DNA of 64,000 bases from NCBI GenBank assembly GCA_963665975.1, contig OY762508.1:2781456-2845455 (forward strand). Reading direction: 5' to 3'. Positions 8,958-19,068 of the stretch are shown piece by piece (within the stretch, counting starts at the first letter, position 1; each line of letters opens with the position of its first letter). Under the pieces are notes generated by a model that saw only the letters and a program-made list of their open reading frames with translations, ran no database searches and was not told the origin of the DNA. The stretch is from Rhodothermales bacterium. GTDB taxonomy: Bacteria > Bacteroidota > Rhodothermia > Rhodothermales > Bin80. The translations under genes and the position numbers were made by a program.

Positions 8958-11698
8958 CAGAATCGGTAGTTGAGGCCGATACTCACCTTGCGCGGCGCGC
9001 CGAAGTTTTCCTGGCGATAAAAGAATTCATCCAGCGTGTTGAGTCCGCCAACCTGGGCACCCGTCCGCCGGAAGAGCTCCAGCGTAACGGATTCGTCCGC
9101 GCGACCGGTGTCTTCGTACACGCCTACTTCCTGCACGGTGTCGAAGAGGTTCTGGACTTGCAGGAACAGTTGCAAATTGAATTTGATGAAGGGCGGCCGG
9201 TAATACGCGCGTATGTCTGTGCCAAACAACGTCGGTTTGGTCGCGTTGTTTTTCTTGATTGAGCGGATGAATTCGCGCACAGTAGTATACGGAGTGCCGC
9301 TTCGGAGCCGGTTGATGACCGTGATGGAAAGTCCGTCTACAGGCGTAACCGTAATCGTGTTGTTGAGCACATGGCGCCGGTCCCAGTCGAGGCGCACCAG
9401 TGACAGAATCTCATCAAGCCCCGCCTGTTGGCGTCCGAATGCCTCGCCTGGACTGGACGAGGTGCCCTCGGCAAACTGCAGCGTGTAATCCATCGTCCAG
9501 CTCAAGCGCCCGCCGGGCCGCTGAAAGAGCGAAAACGTGAGCCCGCGGATTGTCCCGTAGTCCCGGTTGATCCAGCGAATCACAAAGTCGCCTTGCGGCG
9601 TGCGGGAAATCTCTTGTCCCGTCAAATTCCGCACATCCTTGGAGAAGATGGTAAGCTCCATGCCAATCCGCTGCGTAAGCCCCTGTTGCAAACCAACTTC
9701 GAAGGAGAGCGTGCGCTCGGGGTTGATGCCTGGATTGCCAAAGGAATTAGACAAGGAAGCCGGGTTGATCTCGTATTCCGGGTTGGTGTAGAGCAGGCCA
9801 AAGGAGGGGATTTGAAAAAAGAGGCCGGAGGAGAAGCGCATGACGCCCGTTTCGGAAATCGGGAACGCGATACCTACTCGCGGGCTCAGTTGCATATCCA
9901 CCTTGGCCTTCTCGCGGTTGGACAGCGTCGCACCCGGGTTATTCGGGTCCGGGATTTCTTCGAGTTCCCCCTGACCCCAGTCGACAGGAGTCAGGTAGTC
10001 TGGATCGAAATAGTCAAACCGCACCCCGGCATTTACGATGAGGCCCGTAAATTCCATCTTGTCCTGCACGTAGGCGGAGAGTTCGACCGGCTTGGCCTGC
10101 AGGGTGTTGTCGGCAAACTGGTCGGGTGAAGGTTGGGGTAGGTTGCCGGTTCTGAAGGAACGCTCGATACCGAAGTCCCGGTTGTCCAACCGGTGCAGCC
10201 TTGCCTGGACGCCTACCTTCATGAGGTGCACGCGCGTCATCTGCCTGGAGAAATCCGCGACGACGGTGTGCGTGGCCGTGAGCTGGCGGCTCGTGGACAG
10301 GTTGTTGCCTCCAACGGCGAAGGCATTCGCGCCCTGCAGATTGTTGTATTCGCTAGCCACATAGCGCTCATCGAACGGTGAATCAAACAGGCGCACGTCG
10401 GTTTGGTCGTGCAGGTAACTGTAAGAGATGTTTCCGAAGGCATTGGTGCCCAGCGTGTACCGCAGACCGAGAATGTGCGTCTGATTGAAAAAATGAACGG
10501 TGTTGATTCCCTGCGGCACGTACTTGAGCGTATGGCTGTAGGGCAGGAACTGCCCCGTCTGAAAAAAGACGTTATAATCAAGGTTCACGCGTGGGGTCAG
10601 CGTGTAGCTAACGGTCCCATTGACGGATACGCGCTCGGTCCGGTTGCGAGGCGCAAACTCTCCATCGCCTGACGACGAAATAATCCATGCTTCCGGCGGT
10701 AGTCCGGTATTGAGGTTTTGGGAGGAGTCGGACGGCAAAAAGAGGTTGCGCCCGAGGAAATGCGAATTGTCCTGCAGGTAGCGCACCGTAGCCTGAATGC
10801 CCAGTTTTTCCCGAATGAGCGGACCACCGAGCGAAGCTTGTACGTCTGCCAGGTTAGGCAACGCAGAAGCCTCTGCGAAGGACACTGTATCGGGCGCAAA
10901 GTCACCGGTAGACAGTGTGCGCCCAGGCTCGGTGGTGCGGCCAATGAACTGCATTTCGCGGGTGCTGGCGATGGCGCCGGCATAGGCCAATAGCGACCCG
11001 GTCCATTTGTCCGGAACGTCCTTGGTCACAATATTCACTACGCCGCTCGTGGCTTGGCCATACTCAGCATTGAAAACACCACTTATGACCTCCAGACTGG
11101 AAACCATATTCTGCTCAATATCAAAAGCGGCCTCCTTGCTGAAAGCGTTCGTGATAGGTACGCCATTAACCAGGTAGGTGACCTCACCGGTGCGACCGCC
11201 ACGAAAATGTCCGTCCACGACACCTGCCTGCAGGTTGATGGCATCATTTACATTAGTGACAGGGAGCACCGCAAGCTGCTCCGCATCTATGACCGCGGTG
11301 GTTGTGGTGCGTCCCATTTCGACGATGGGCCGCTCGGCTACTACGACCAGTTCTTCTCCAAGCAGCGTTTCTTCCTGCAGAGAGAAGTTCACGGTCGTGG
11401 TTTGGTCCTGCACCACACGTACATTTTCGGTGGTTACAGGAGCAAATCCGACGAAGGAAGCCCGCACGCTGTATGTGGCGGGCTTCACGTTCAGGATGTG
11501 ATAGTAGCCGTCCGCATCGGTCGTGCCGCCCTGCGTGGTGCCGGCAATGACTACATTAACTCCCGGCAATCCCAAACCTGTTGCGGCTTCTGCGACACGC
11601 CCTGCGACCTTACCGGTAGGCCCCGGGGGGCGGGCCTGCAGGTGGCCCGCCCCCACGAGGACAACTACGAATGCAATTACCAGCGATTTCAGCCTCAC
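8957..11698 (-). CDS. TonB-dependent-receptor-like outer-membrane barrel with N-terminal CarboxypepD_reg domain
   Basis: After the signal peptide comes GKVAGRVAEAATGLGLPGVNVVIAGTTQGGTTDADGYYHILNVKPATYSVRASFVGF (CarboxypepD_reg). A plug-like region follows (VIDAEQL..., VEVISGVFNAEYGQATSGVVNIVTK), then a barrel with a terminal aromatic (GLNYRF). I use the GTG start at 11698 (VRLKSLVIAFVVVL...), which avoids overlap with the upstream gene. Confidence 0.85.
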   Translation of the reverse strand: MRLKSLVIAFVVVLVGAGHLQARPPGPTGKVAGRVAEAATGLGLPGVNVVIAGTTQGGTTDADGYYHILNVKPATYSVRASFVGFAPVTTENVRVVQDQTTTVNFSLQEETLLGEELVVVAERPIVEMGRTTTTAVIDAEQLAVLPVTNVNDAINLQAGVVDGHFRGGRTGEVTYLVNGVPITNAFSKEAAFDIEQNMVSSLEVISGVFNAEYGQATSGVVNIVTKDVPDKWTGSLLAYAGAIASTREMQFIGRTTEPGRTLSTGDFAPDTVSFAEASALPNLADVQASLGGPLIREKLGIQATVRYLQDNSHFLGRNLFLPSDSSQNLNTGLPPEAWIISSSGDGEFAPRNRTERVSVNGTVSYTLTPRVNLDYNVFFQTGQFLPYSHTLKYVPQGINTVHFFNQTHILGLRYTLGTNAFGNISYSYLHDQTDVRLFDSPFDERYVASEYNNLQGANAFAVGGNNLSTSRQLTATHTVVADFSRQMTRVHLMKVGVQARLHRLDNRDFGIERSFRTGNLPQPSPDQFADNTLQAKPVELSAYVQDKMEFTGLIVNAGVRFDYFDPDYLTPVDWGQGELEEIPDPNNPGATLSNREKAKVDMQLSPRVGIAFPISETGVMRFSSGLFFQIPSFGLLYTNPEYEINPASLSNSFGNPGINPERTLSFEVGLQQGLTQRIGMELTIFSKDVRNLTGQEISRTPQGDFVIRWINRDYGTIRGLTFSLFQRPGGRLSWTMDYTLQFAEGTSSSPGEAFGRQQAGLDEILSLVRLDWDRRHVLNNTITVTPVDGLSITVINRLRSGTPYTTVREFIRSIKKNNATKPTLFGTDIRAYYRPPFIKFNLQLFLQVQNLFDTVQEVGVYEDTGRADESVTLELFRRTGAQVGGLNTLDEFFYRQENFGAPRKVSIGLNYRF

Positions 11699-11714
11699 GC
11701 CATAGCCCGGTATT

Positions 11715-13889
11715 CTACTTGACAAGAAGCATGCGACGCGACTGGACGAACGAATCGGCAGTTTCCAGGCGGTATAAATAGATGCCGGAGGCCAGTCTAC
11801 TCGCATCGAATCGAACCGTATATGTGCCCGTACTCATGGTTTTGTCGTCCAGCAGTGTAGCCACTGGCCGTCCGAGCACGTCAAAGATGCGGAGGGATAC
11901 GCGTTCCGTACCTGGAAGTGTAAACTCGATTGAGGTCACAGGATTGAACGGGTTGGGGTAATTCTGCTCCAGGACGATGTTTTCGGGCAGTTCCGCACTG
12001 GCTTCTGTAGAGATTGCAGTCCCGCGCCCAGCCATTGCCACGGTCATCCACTGGGCAGGTGTATTCCACCACTGACCGTCGGCGTTGCCTTTTATGGACC
12101 ACTGAATCTGCGTGTCGCGATTGGCTCCATCCCCGTCGTTAAGCGCGATGTTGAAAGGCATGTAGCGAATGTCTGTATCCGTGGGCGGATCCAGGACCGC
12201 ATCTTGCATGTCCGTATTTTGAATTGCATTGAGCGGAAACAGCGCCAGCACCTTCCAGCCGATGGCCGCGCCTCCTCCGTCGGTCAACACGTCATAGGCG
12301 GCGCCGCCACCCTGAGGCGCCCCATCTATGCTCCTGCCTACGTAGGCGTGGGCTGCGGTGCCAGCCTTCGTGCCATCTCCGTGTCCGGAAATCCGGAATT
12401 GGTAGTCGGCAAGCGCACCTCGCATCATATCCTGGTGCGAGCTGCCGCCGAATAGCGACCCGCCCTCTACGTCCTGCACGTCATAATTGCCCCAGCCGAA
12501 CTCAATACTGTCATGCTGCCAGGCGTCAGAAGGAGGCGTTGCGCTTGGCGCGAGCGTAACGACATCATCGGTCACTTCAGCGTAGATGAAAAGCTCATTG
12601 TCTGCTGTGTACCCGGCCCAAACTTTCGCCGAGAGATCGGTGTCGTTATCAGGCCCCGCAGCGGTATCGCCGAGTTTGGAATGGGTTGAGTCTACGGCGA
12701 AGGGCTGGAGCCAGTCAGGGAACCCTTCACCCGATACGGTACCGGCCGCCAGGTCATCAAATAGCTGGGTGCCTTCGGCATCAGTCAGCTCCGTGATAAA
12801 GGCCTGGTTGGGCAGGTCCGGATTGGCAACCGTTCCACTACTCATCGTTATGTCCGAGTTTTCCACGCCAAACTGACTGAGTGAAGTTACAGCATAGTGC
12901 AACGTAACCGGGGCCAGTGAAGGATGAATTACCTCGAACCTGTGTAGCACTTCAAACATGGCGGCGTCGGACGGCACGCTTGCCACCATTGACACGCCAG
13001 CATCGGAAACGTCGGTGAACGCATCCGGACTCATGTAGACGTTGTAGCCACCGAATTCCGGACTGTGAGTCCAGGAAATCCGGTTGCCCTCCATGGTACC
13101 CTCTAACGTTACCCCGCTCATCGCGCTGGCTGGATCATTGGCCACGGACAGGTCCAGACCCTCACCGCCAATGTAAACGTCGTCTACCCACACCGGGCCA
13201 CCCCCTGCGTTATTGTCCCAGAAGAAGCCGACATTCTGCACGTTTGTCCATTCGAATTCTTCCCAAAGGTTCGGATTATCCGCTGTATTCGGCCCCATTT
13301 CATCTGAGACTCCAACACCAAATCCTCCAGACGACCACGCGCCAGCGTAGACCCAATGCATAGCCAGGGAATCCAGAGTGCCTGCGGTTTTGCCATCTTC
13401 CAACTCCTGCCACGTGGCAGGAGGAAGCGGAATAGCAAGCGTGTGCCACTCGCCATTGCGCATTGCTTCCGGTACGCGCCATACCAATCGGAACGGCAGA
13501 TCCGCCGTACCGTCATTAGCGCCGCTATTATCCGTCTTATCCTCGAACATCAGTGCTACGTTCGGCTTGCCCTGATTTTCCGGATCGACAAGGAGCCGCA
13601 AGTGTAGCACATCGCCGTCCGTCCGGTTTTGGGTAAGATCGACGCCGACTGTGGCGTCAAAGCGAAATGCCTGAAATGACCAGTTTCCATAGTTGTATTG
13701 TACTACCTTATTCGTCGCATCCATTGGATCGTCAACCACGGTACCGTCGAAAGCAGGGACGAGCGTGTTGGTCCCGTTGACGAACAGGATGAAGTCATCG
13801 CCGATCGGCGGTCCTGCCTGGGCGCGAGCCTCAGAAGCCACCATCAGCAGCAAGGCGAGTGTAAGCAGACTGTAAGTGTTTCGCATCAT
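11715..13889 (-). CDS. Secreted T9SS cargo protein with CBM9/DOMON-like carbohydrate-binding region and Por C-terminal sorting domain
   Basis: Start at MMRNTYSLLTLALLLMVASEARAQ (signal peptide). The C-terminus is classic TIGR04183-like (LEQNYPNPFNPVTSIEFTLPGTERVSLRIFDVLGRPVATLL...SGIYLYRLETADSFVQSRRMLLVK). An internal WQHDSIEFGWGNYD segment is CBM9-like. Confidence 0.8.
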   Translation of the reverse strand: MMRNTYSLLTLALLLMVASEARAQAGPPIGDDFILFVNGTNTLVPAFDGTVVDDPMDATNKVVQYNYGNWSFQAFRFDATVGVDLTQNRTDGDVLHLRLLVDPENQGKPNVALMFEDKTDNSGANDGTADLPFRLVWRVPEAMRNGEWHTLAIPLPPATWQELEDGKTAGTLDSLAMHWVYAGAWSSGGFGVGVSDEMGPNTADNPNLWEEFEWTNVQNVGFFWDNNAGGGPVWVDDVYIGGEGLDLSVANDPASAMSGVTLEGTMEGNRISWTHSPEFGGYNVYMSPDAFTDVSDAGVSMVASVPSDAAMFEVLHRFEVIHPSLAPVTLHYAVTSLSQFGVENSDITMSSGTVANPDLPNQAFITELTDAEGTQLFDDLAAGTVSGEGFPDWLQPFAVDSTHSKLGDTAAGPDNDTDLSAKVWAGYTADNELFIYAEVTDDVVTLAPSATPPSDAWQHDSIEFGWGNYDVQDVEGGSLFGGSSHQDMMRGALADYQFRISGHGDGTKAGTAAHAYVGRSIDGAPQGGGAAYDVLTDGGGAAIGWKVLALFPLNAIQNTDMQDAVLDPPTDTDIRYMPFNIALNDGDGANRDTQIQWSIKGNADGQWWNTPAQWMTVAMAGRGTAISTEASAELPENIVLEQNYPNPFNPVTSIEFTLPGTERVSLRIFDVLGRPVATLLDDKTMSTGTYTVRFDASRLASGIYLYRLETADSFVQSRRMLLVK

Positions 13890-13929
13890 GGCGTTAGGTT
13901 TGTAAGGTTGTGTAATTGTGACCATGCCC

Positions 13930-13958
13930 ACGATAAGGAATTTTGAAAAGGTTTTCAA
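13930..13958 (-). promoter_or_regulatory. Candidate sigma70-type promoter of the T9SS-linked operon
   Basis: The minus strand reads TTGAAA-17 nt-TATCGT about 35 nt upstream of the ATG at 13889. This is motif inspection only. Confidence 0.25.
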
Positions 13959-14153
13959 CTCTATAATCACACTCAGTGTGGAGCGTTACGCAGATTTAGC
14001 GGTCGATTCGTGGATCTGAATCGAGAGTGGGCTCCCAATACACATAGGCATTGACTTTTGGCCAATATACTTGGTCGCAATTCTTCCTGACATTCCCGCT
14101 GACGCTACCGGGCATCGCACGCGCGTTCGAGACCTGTGATCACGGCGATGCGA

Positions 14154-14447
14154 TCATGTCCCGCTGCCTTCACGTGCTCCGTCAAGGCCTGCGTCACCGA
14201 GGTTATTAAGATTTATCGCGCTTGCACCCTCGGTGTTGACATGCGTATTGAGAATTACGACTGGCAGACGCTCATTGGTTATGGAGAACGTCTGCTTGGA
14301 CTCAAGTTCAGGCGCCATGATCTCCAGTCCGTCCACGCGAGGACCGATATTCTGCAAGGCCGTCCTAAATTCCAGTTCATGGTGGTGCGAAGCAAGCACC
14401 GTAAAAACTTGCTTGTGCACTTGAGCAGGTTCGTTTATGCCATTCAA
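14154..14447 (-). CDS. Hypothetical small protein (start uncertain)
   Basis: The frame is open from 14545 down to the stop at 14154 (…KALFEAVLPFITGEFFAELLNGINEPAQVHKQVFTVLASHHHELEFRTALQNIG…). The first canonical start is only the TTG at 14447. An AT-rich putative promoter region lies upstream. I recognise no family. Confidence 0.3.
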   Translation of the reverse strand: MNGINEPAQVHKQVFTVLASHHHELEFRTALQNIGPRVDGLEIMAPELESKQTFSITNERLPVVILNTHVNTEGASAINLNNLGDAGLDGAREGSGT

Positions 14448-15003
14448 GAGTTCTGCAAAGAACTCGCCTGTGATAAAGGGCAGAACGGCCTCAAATAGTG
14501 CTTTGTGTTTGAGCGGGCTGGGGGCGATGGGATTCAGCCTAATTTCAAGCTGTCTACGGCTACCATCACACGATCGCGCTTTTCTCCGCTAACCAGTGGG
14601 GGTATCACTAATAATAGGTAATATCTTGTAAATACATATATTATACTAGATCATCATGTCATGTGCGATACCACTCATCATAATCTACCGATAAGAGCGA
14701 TCGATAGCCTCTCGCAAGGTAGTCCACGAGTAATTGCCGGGTAAATTGCTCGTTATACTAGTCACGTTTCGGATGTCTCTGCTGGCGCTGCAGTGTTGCC
14801 AGTCCTTCAGTCGCTTATCCAGATCGCAGCAGTTGTGCTTGCCGCTCAATCAGAGCAGGAGCTGGCGTCTGCAGGCGATTTTGAGCCACTAGCCGTCGCC
14901 ATGCCTCTGGAGACAGTACACTTGACCAGGTGGAAGCGCGTGATGCTGGCTCTATTGTGATGCTGTCCAATGTGGTGAATGCTCGCTTTGATCAGCGACG
15001 CGT

Positions 15004-16212
15004 TCAAGGCTTGGGATTGTTGTCCGTGTTCTCAGCGTGCTGCAATGCCTCCTTGAGGGATATTATGGCCGGATGGTCGGGCCCATGCCGTGCGGCGTTT
15101 GCCCAGGCCTGAACGGCCTGCTGCATTCGATTGGTGTTCGCGTAGTGCCAGCCCAGGTTGACCCAAGTCACAACAAAGGATGAGTCTTGCGCCAACACGC
15201 GCCGGTATCGCGTCAAGGCTTCTGTTGTATCGCCTCGCTGCATGAACGCTGTTGCGATATTGTTCTGAAGTTCCAGATTGTGAGGTCGCAGGGCCAAGGC
15301 GACAAGGTACACGTTGAGTGCCTCGTCAAGTCGGCTGGCGCCGCGAAGCGCATTGGCGTAATTGAGTTGGTGTTGAAAATTGGTGGGTTGTTCGCGAGCG
15401 TTGACGCCGAGGCGCGCAATCTGCTGTTCTGCAGCCCGCACATCGTTGGCCCCGACAAGCACTTCTTGCGCGTCGCTCGCACGACCCATTCTCTGGAGCG
15501 CCTGCCCGAACGTGTAACGCGCGCTATAATCCCAGGGGCTAGACGCTGCGGCTTGATTCAGGTGAGGAACAGCCTCTTGAAAGCGTTGCAAGCGAAACAG
15601 CATCAGACCCACGAGATAGTGGTTGTGAGCACGGTCGGGTTGCAGGCCCACGGCGCGTTCGGCATGTTTCAGTGCATCCTCAAACCGACCCTCCTGTTCA
15701 TATAATTCTGCCAGGCTCGCATAGCCGGGTGCGTAGTTCTCATCCACAGCAACAGCTTGCAGATAGGCGGTGCGTGCACTGTCTGAGAGAGCCATTTGCT
15801 CAAAGGTGGCGCCCATAGCGTGCCAGGAATTCGGCCCGGGCCGAACTGCCGCTTCACGACGAAAATGCGCCAGGGCCGACAGGTATTGCTTCTGTGCAAA
15901 GAAGGCATTGCCCAGGTTATGATGTGCACCTGGATAGTTCGGTGTCCGTGCAAGGAGGATTTCGTAGGCATTTTGGGATTCGGCCATCTGCCCGAGTTCG
16001 AAGAACACGCGTCCTCGGATGAACTGGGCATCTGGCTGGTGCTTGTCCAGCGCGAGGGCGCTGTCAGCCAGCGATAGCGCCTCGTGATACGCACGCGCCT
16101 GCAGCGCTTTATTAGCCTGCATTGCAAAGTATTGTGCCTGCGGGTCCGGTGGCGGGGCACCGCAGGCAGCAATGAGCACGAGCAGGACGACAGCGATTCG
16201 AACAGACATCAT
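15004..16212 (-). CDS. Tetratricopeptide-repeat (TPR) lipoprotein
   Basis: Start at MMSVRIAVVLLVLIAACG (lipobox), followed by about 10 TPR-like repeats. The start overlaps the stop of the upstream CRTAC1 gene (ATGATG/TGA). Confidence 0.8.
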   Translation of the reverse strand: MMSVRIAVVLLVLIAACGAPPPDPQAQYFAMQANKALQARAYHEALSLADSALALDKHQPDAQFIRGRVFFELGQMAESQNAYEILLARTPNYPGAHHNLGNAFFAQKQYLSALAHFRREAAVRPGPNSWHAMGATFEQMALSDSARTAYLQAVAVDENYAPGYASLAELYEQEGRFEDALKHAERAVGLQPDRAHNHYLVGLMLFRLQRFQEAVPHLNQAAASSPWDYSARYTFGQALQRMGRASDAQEVLVGANDVRAAEQQIARLGVNAREQPTNFQHQLNYANALRGASRLDEALNVYLVALALRPHNLELQNNIATAFMQRGDTTEALTRYRRVLAQDSSFVVTWVNLGWHYANTNRMQQAVQAWANAARHGPDHPAIISLKEALQHAENTDNNPKP

Positions 16213-17870
16213 TCGGGTTCCACCAAATGCAACGTCTGGCCAGCCGCAATGCGCGCTCGCCGATCTGTATGCCCGCTGGGCCATACAACGATGACAGAAT
16301 CTGCGAATAGTGCGCCGCCCAAGCCAAATGTTAGCGTTCGCTCGGACTGTGATCCGTAACTCATGCCACTGCGAACGCGACGTTCCTGTTGCAGGGATCC
16401 TGTTTTGACAATTGCGCGTGCATCAACTGCGTTCCGGTTGCTGCGTGTGCCTGTGAGGTGCAGCCGGAGCCAAGAAGAGTTATGGGTCAGATCATTCCTG
16501 TAGAGGCGTGCCGGGCCGTTGTTTTCTGTGGCTAGCAGGTCCAAATCACCATCACCATCAACATCGGCTGACAACGCCCCACGGCCAACCAATGGTTTCG
16601 AGAACCCCAGAGTCGGGGATTGATCCTGGAAATTGCCGCTGCCGTCATTTATGAAAAGTTGCGGGTGCTGCCGGAAGGTGACCGCATCGCTGCGCTCACC
16701 GACAAACGGGTCTATATGCCCGTTGACAGCGAACAAGTCCAGGTCGCTGTCCAGATCTGCATCCAACAGCGTCACACCAAAGGTTAAGACCGGCAAACTG
16801 GCAGTGCCAATCCCGCTGGTCGCGGAGCGATCCTCGAACAATTCGGCAGACGTATAGCGGTAGAAAGCGATCATTTCGTTGGTGAAATTACCGACAAACA
16901 GGGATGTGTAGCCCGACGAATCTACGATGCCTGCTTCGATTCCCATACCGGCGCGGGCTCGACCGCGCTCATCCAACGCCATGCCGCTCACAAGTCCAGC
17001 TTCCTGAAAAGTCCCATCGCCCTGGTTCAAGTAGAGCTGGTCTGGATCGGTATCGTTTGCAAGTGCGAGATCCGGCCACCCGTCCTGGTTTACATCTAGT
17101 GCGATGGCGCCCAGCGTCTTGCCCGTACCATGGAGGCCCAATTCAACGGTGCGTTCGATGAATGTGCCGTCTCCTTCGTTATGATAAAAGCGGCCGGTTA
17201 CACCGGCGTATAACTGCGGTGTGCAGTAGCTCTTGGTGATTCCATCAGGTGAGCAGAACATATCTGTTTCGGGTGTCCACGTGACATATCCCCCCACATA
17301 CAAGTCCAACCAGCCATCCCGGTCTGCATCGAAAAACAGCGCTGCCACGTGCCACGCATCATGCTGCCCAAGACCCGCCGCGCGCGTTGCGTCACGAAAA
17401 ACACCTCCATCATTCACGAGTAGCACATCGTGACCGGTGGTGGTCAGGTAAAGATCGTCATCACCGTCATTGTCGACATCACCCGCAGTGATTCCCATGC
17501 CATAGCCCCTGATCTCGTTCAGACCACTTTCTCCAGTTACGTCGGTGAACTGCCCGGTGCCGTCATTTTGATAGAGCCACAGGGCGCGTACCGGATCGTC
17601 CGTCCACAAGCCGCCGCCCACAAGTACAATATCCGGAGCGCTGTCCTGGTTGTAGTCGATAAAAGCGGCGCCGCTTCCCATGATTTCGGGGAACCACCAG
17701 TCACCGCTCGCACCGTTTGTGTGTCGGAACGCTCCAAGGCCAGCTTCACGTGTGATCTCTTTGAATGTCCAGGAATGGTCCTCGGGCGTGCAGCCCGCTG
17801 TGACGGCGCAGAGCGTGCTCAACAGCAGGCAGCACCACGCATTCCTGTGTGTGTCCGGTGCTCGATTCAC
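16209..17870 (-). CDS. CRTAC1-family protein (FG-GAP/VCBS + ASPIC/UnbV), paralog of 836-2503
   Basis: 553 aa, collinear with 836-2503 and roughly half the residues identical by eye (FFDADRDGWLDLYVGGYV, SYCTPQLY, DQLYLNQGDGTF, GMSYGSQSE). Lipobox (VTAGCTP). Confidence 0.85.
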   Translation of the reverse strand: MNRAPDTHRNAWCCLLLSTLCAVTAGCTPEDHSWTFKEITREAGLGAFRHTNGASGDWWFPEIMGSGAAFIDYNQDSAPDIVLVGGGLWTDDPVRALWLYQNDGTGQFTDVTGESGLNEIRGYGMGITAGDVDNDGDDDLYLTTTGHDVLLVNDGGVFRDATRAAGLGQHDAWHVAALFFDADRDGWLDLYVGGYVTWTPETDMFCSPDGITKSYCTPQLYAGVTGRFYHNEGDGTFIERTVELGLHGTGKTLGAIALDVNQDGWPDLALANDTDPDQLYLNQGDGTFQEAGLVSGMALDERGRARAGMGIEAGIVDSSGYTSLFVGNFTNEMIAFYRYTSAELFEDRSATSGIGTASLPVLTFGVTLLDADLDSDLDLFAVNGHIDPFVGERSDAVTFRQHPQLFINDGSGNFQDQSPTLGFSKPLVGRGALSADVDGDGDLDLLATENNGPARLYRNDLTHNSSWLRLHLTGTRSNRNAVDARAIVKTGSLQQERRVRSGMSYGSQSERTLTFGLGGALFADSVIVVWPSGHTDRRARIAAGQTLHLVEPE

Positions 17871-18428
17871 GCTGGTCTACTTCGATTTCGGCATCTTGAA
17901 CAGGCAAATGCCAGTCCTCCGTCTACAGTCAAGGAGGTGAGCTGTGTGTTGCGCAACATGCATCGATGGCGTCTTGCGCTCCTGTAAATTAAGATCGGCA
18001 AAGGATGGCGACACAGATGATATCAGGCTGCATCCCGTATCCATATCTTCTTCTTCGGAACCGATTATTTTCTGTGAACCTGAGTGATGATGCCTGGTTC
18101 GGACGCTTCCGTAGGAGCGTCCAGGTTGTGCATGCACTGAGCCGACAATGTTGGCTACTTCTACCCCCTTGCTACTCCTGCAGGTCGCTTCGTGCGCAGC
18201 CCCGATTTTGAATTGATCGATACAGGGGGTCCAACCCTAACGGAAGGTGATGGTCTTTTCCTATAAGCGCGATTCTTTTCAGCTTATTTGGGGCACAATC
18301 ACACTAGTCTATATTCGTTCGATTTAGTGTATCTTGCCGGCAGTTGAGGCAGAATGGACCTACGCCGTATCCGACCCCATCGCCCCGAGCGCTACTTGAC
18401 ACTGTCCGGACATACAACACGTTCAGTT

Positions 18429-18818
18429 ATGCAATCACTCACGCCGACCATCATCGTCGAAGCCATCGAACCGGTACTGCCCTTCTGGGTAGACCGCCTC
18501 GGATTTGCCGTCACCGATAAAGTCAGCGAAGGGGATCGCCTCGGTTTCGTCATTTTGAAGAACGGTCGGGTCGAGGTCATGTATCAGACCCTGGAGAGCA
18601 TCCGGAACGATGTGCCGGAACTGGCCGATATGCCGTTGCAGGGAAGCGCGTTATTCGTGAAGGTGGGCACGCTCGAGAAACTCGACGCCGTAGACGAGGC
18701 GCTGTCCGGTGTGGATCGGGTCGTGCCCCGCAGAAGGACCTTCTATGGAGCCGATGAGATTATCGTTCGCGACCCGGCCGGGAACGTGGTGACGTTCGCC
18801 TACTTTGCCAAGTCGTAA
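18429..18818 (+). CDS. VOC-family (glyoxalase/bleomycin-resistance fold) protein
   Basis: MQSLTPTIIVEAIEPVLPFWVDRLGF...GADEIIVRDPAGNVVTFA is typical of small VOC proteins. I prefer the internal ATG at 18429 over the ORF-track start at 18354. Confidence 0.7.
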   Translation: MQSLTPTIIVEAIEPVLPFWVDRLGFAVTDKVSEGDRLGFVILKNGRVEVMYQTLESIRNDVPELADMPLQGSALFVKVGTLEKLDAVDEALSGVDRVVPRRRTFYGADEIIVRDPAGNVVTFAYFAKS

Positions 18819-18995
18819 AGCGCGCACTTCCTTTCACTCGACGCTCTGCCGGATCCTGCAAATGTAATCGGAGCGACCAGGTGAATCTTAGTCCACGTTC
18901 GCTCTCTGTTGGAATGTGACAAGCGGTCTTACATTCTTTGCTGTCACGATACATCGCAATAGCTGCCCTACCAATTTTCTTCACCTCGGTGAATG

Positions 18996-19068
<73 letters not shown>

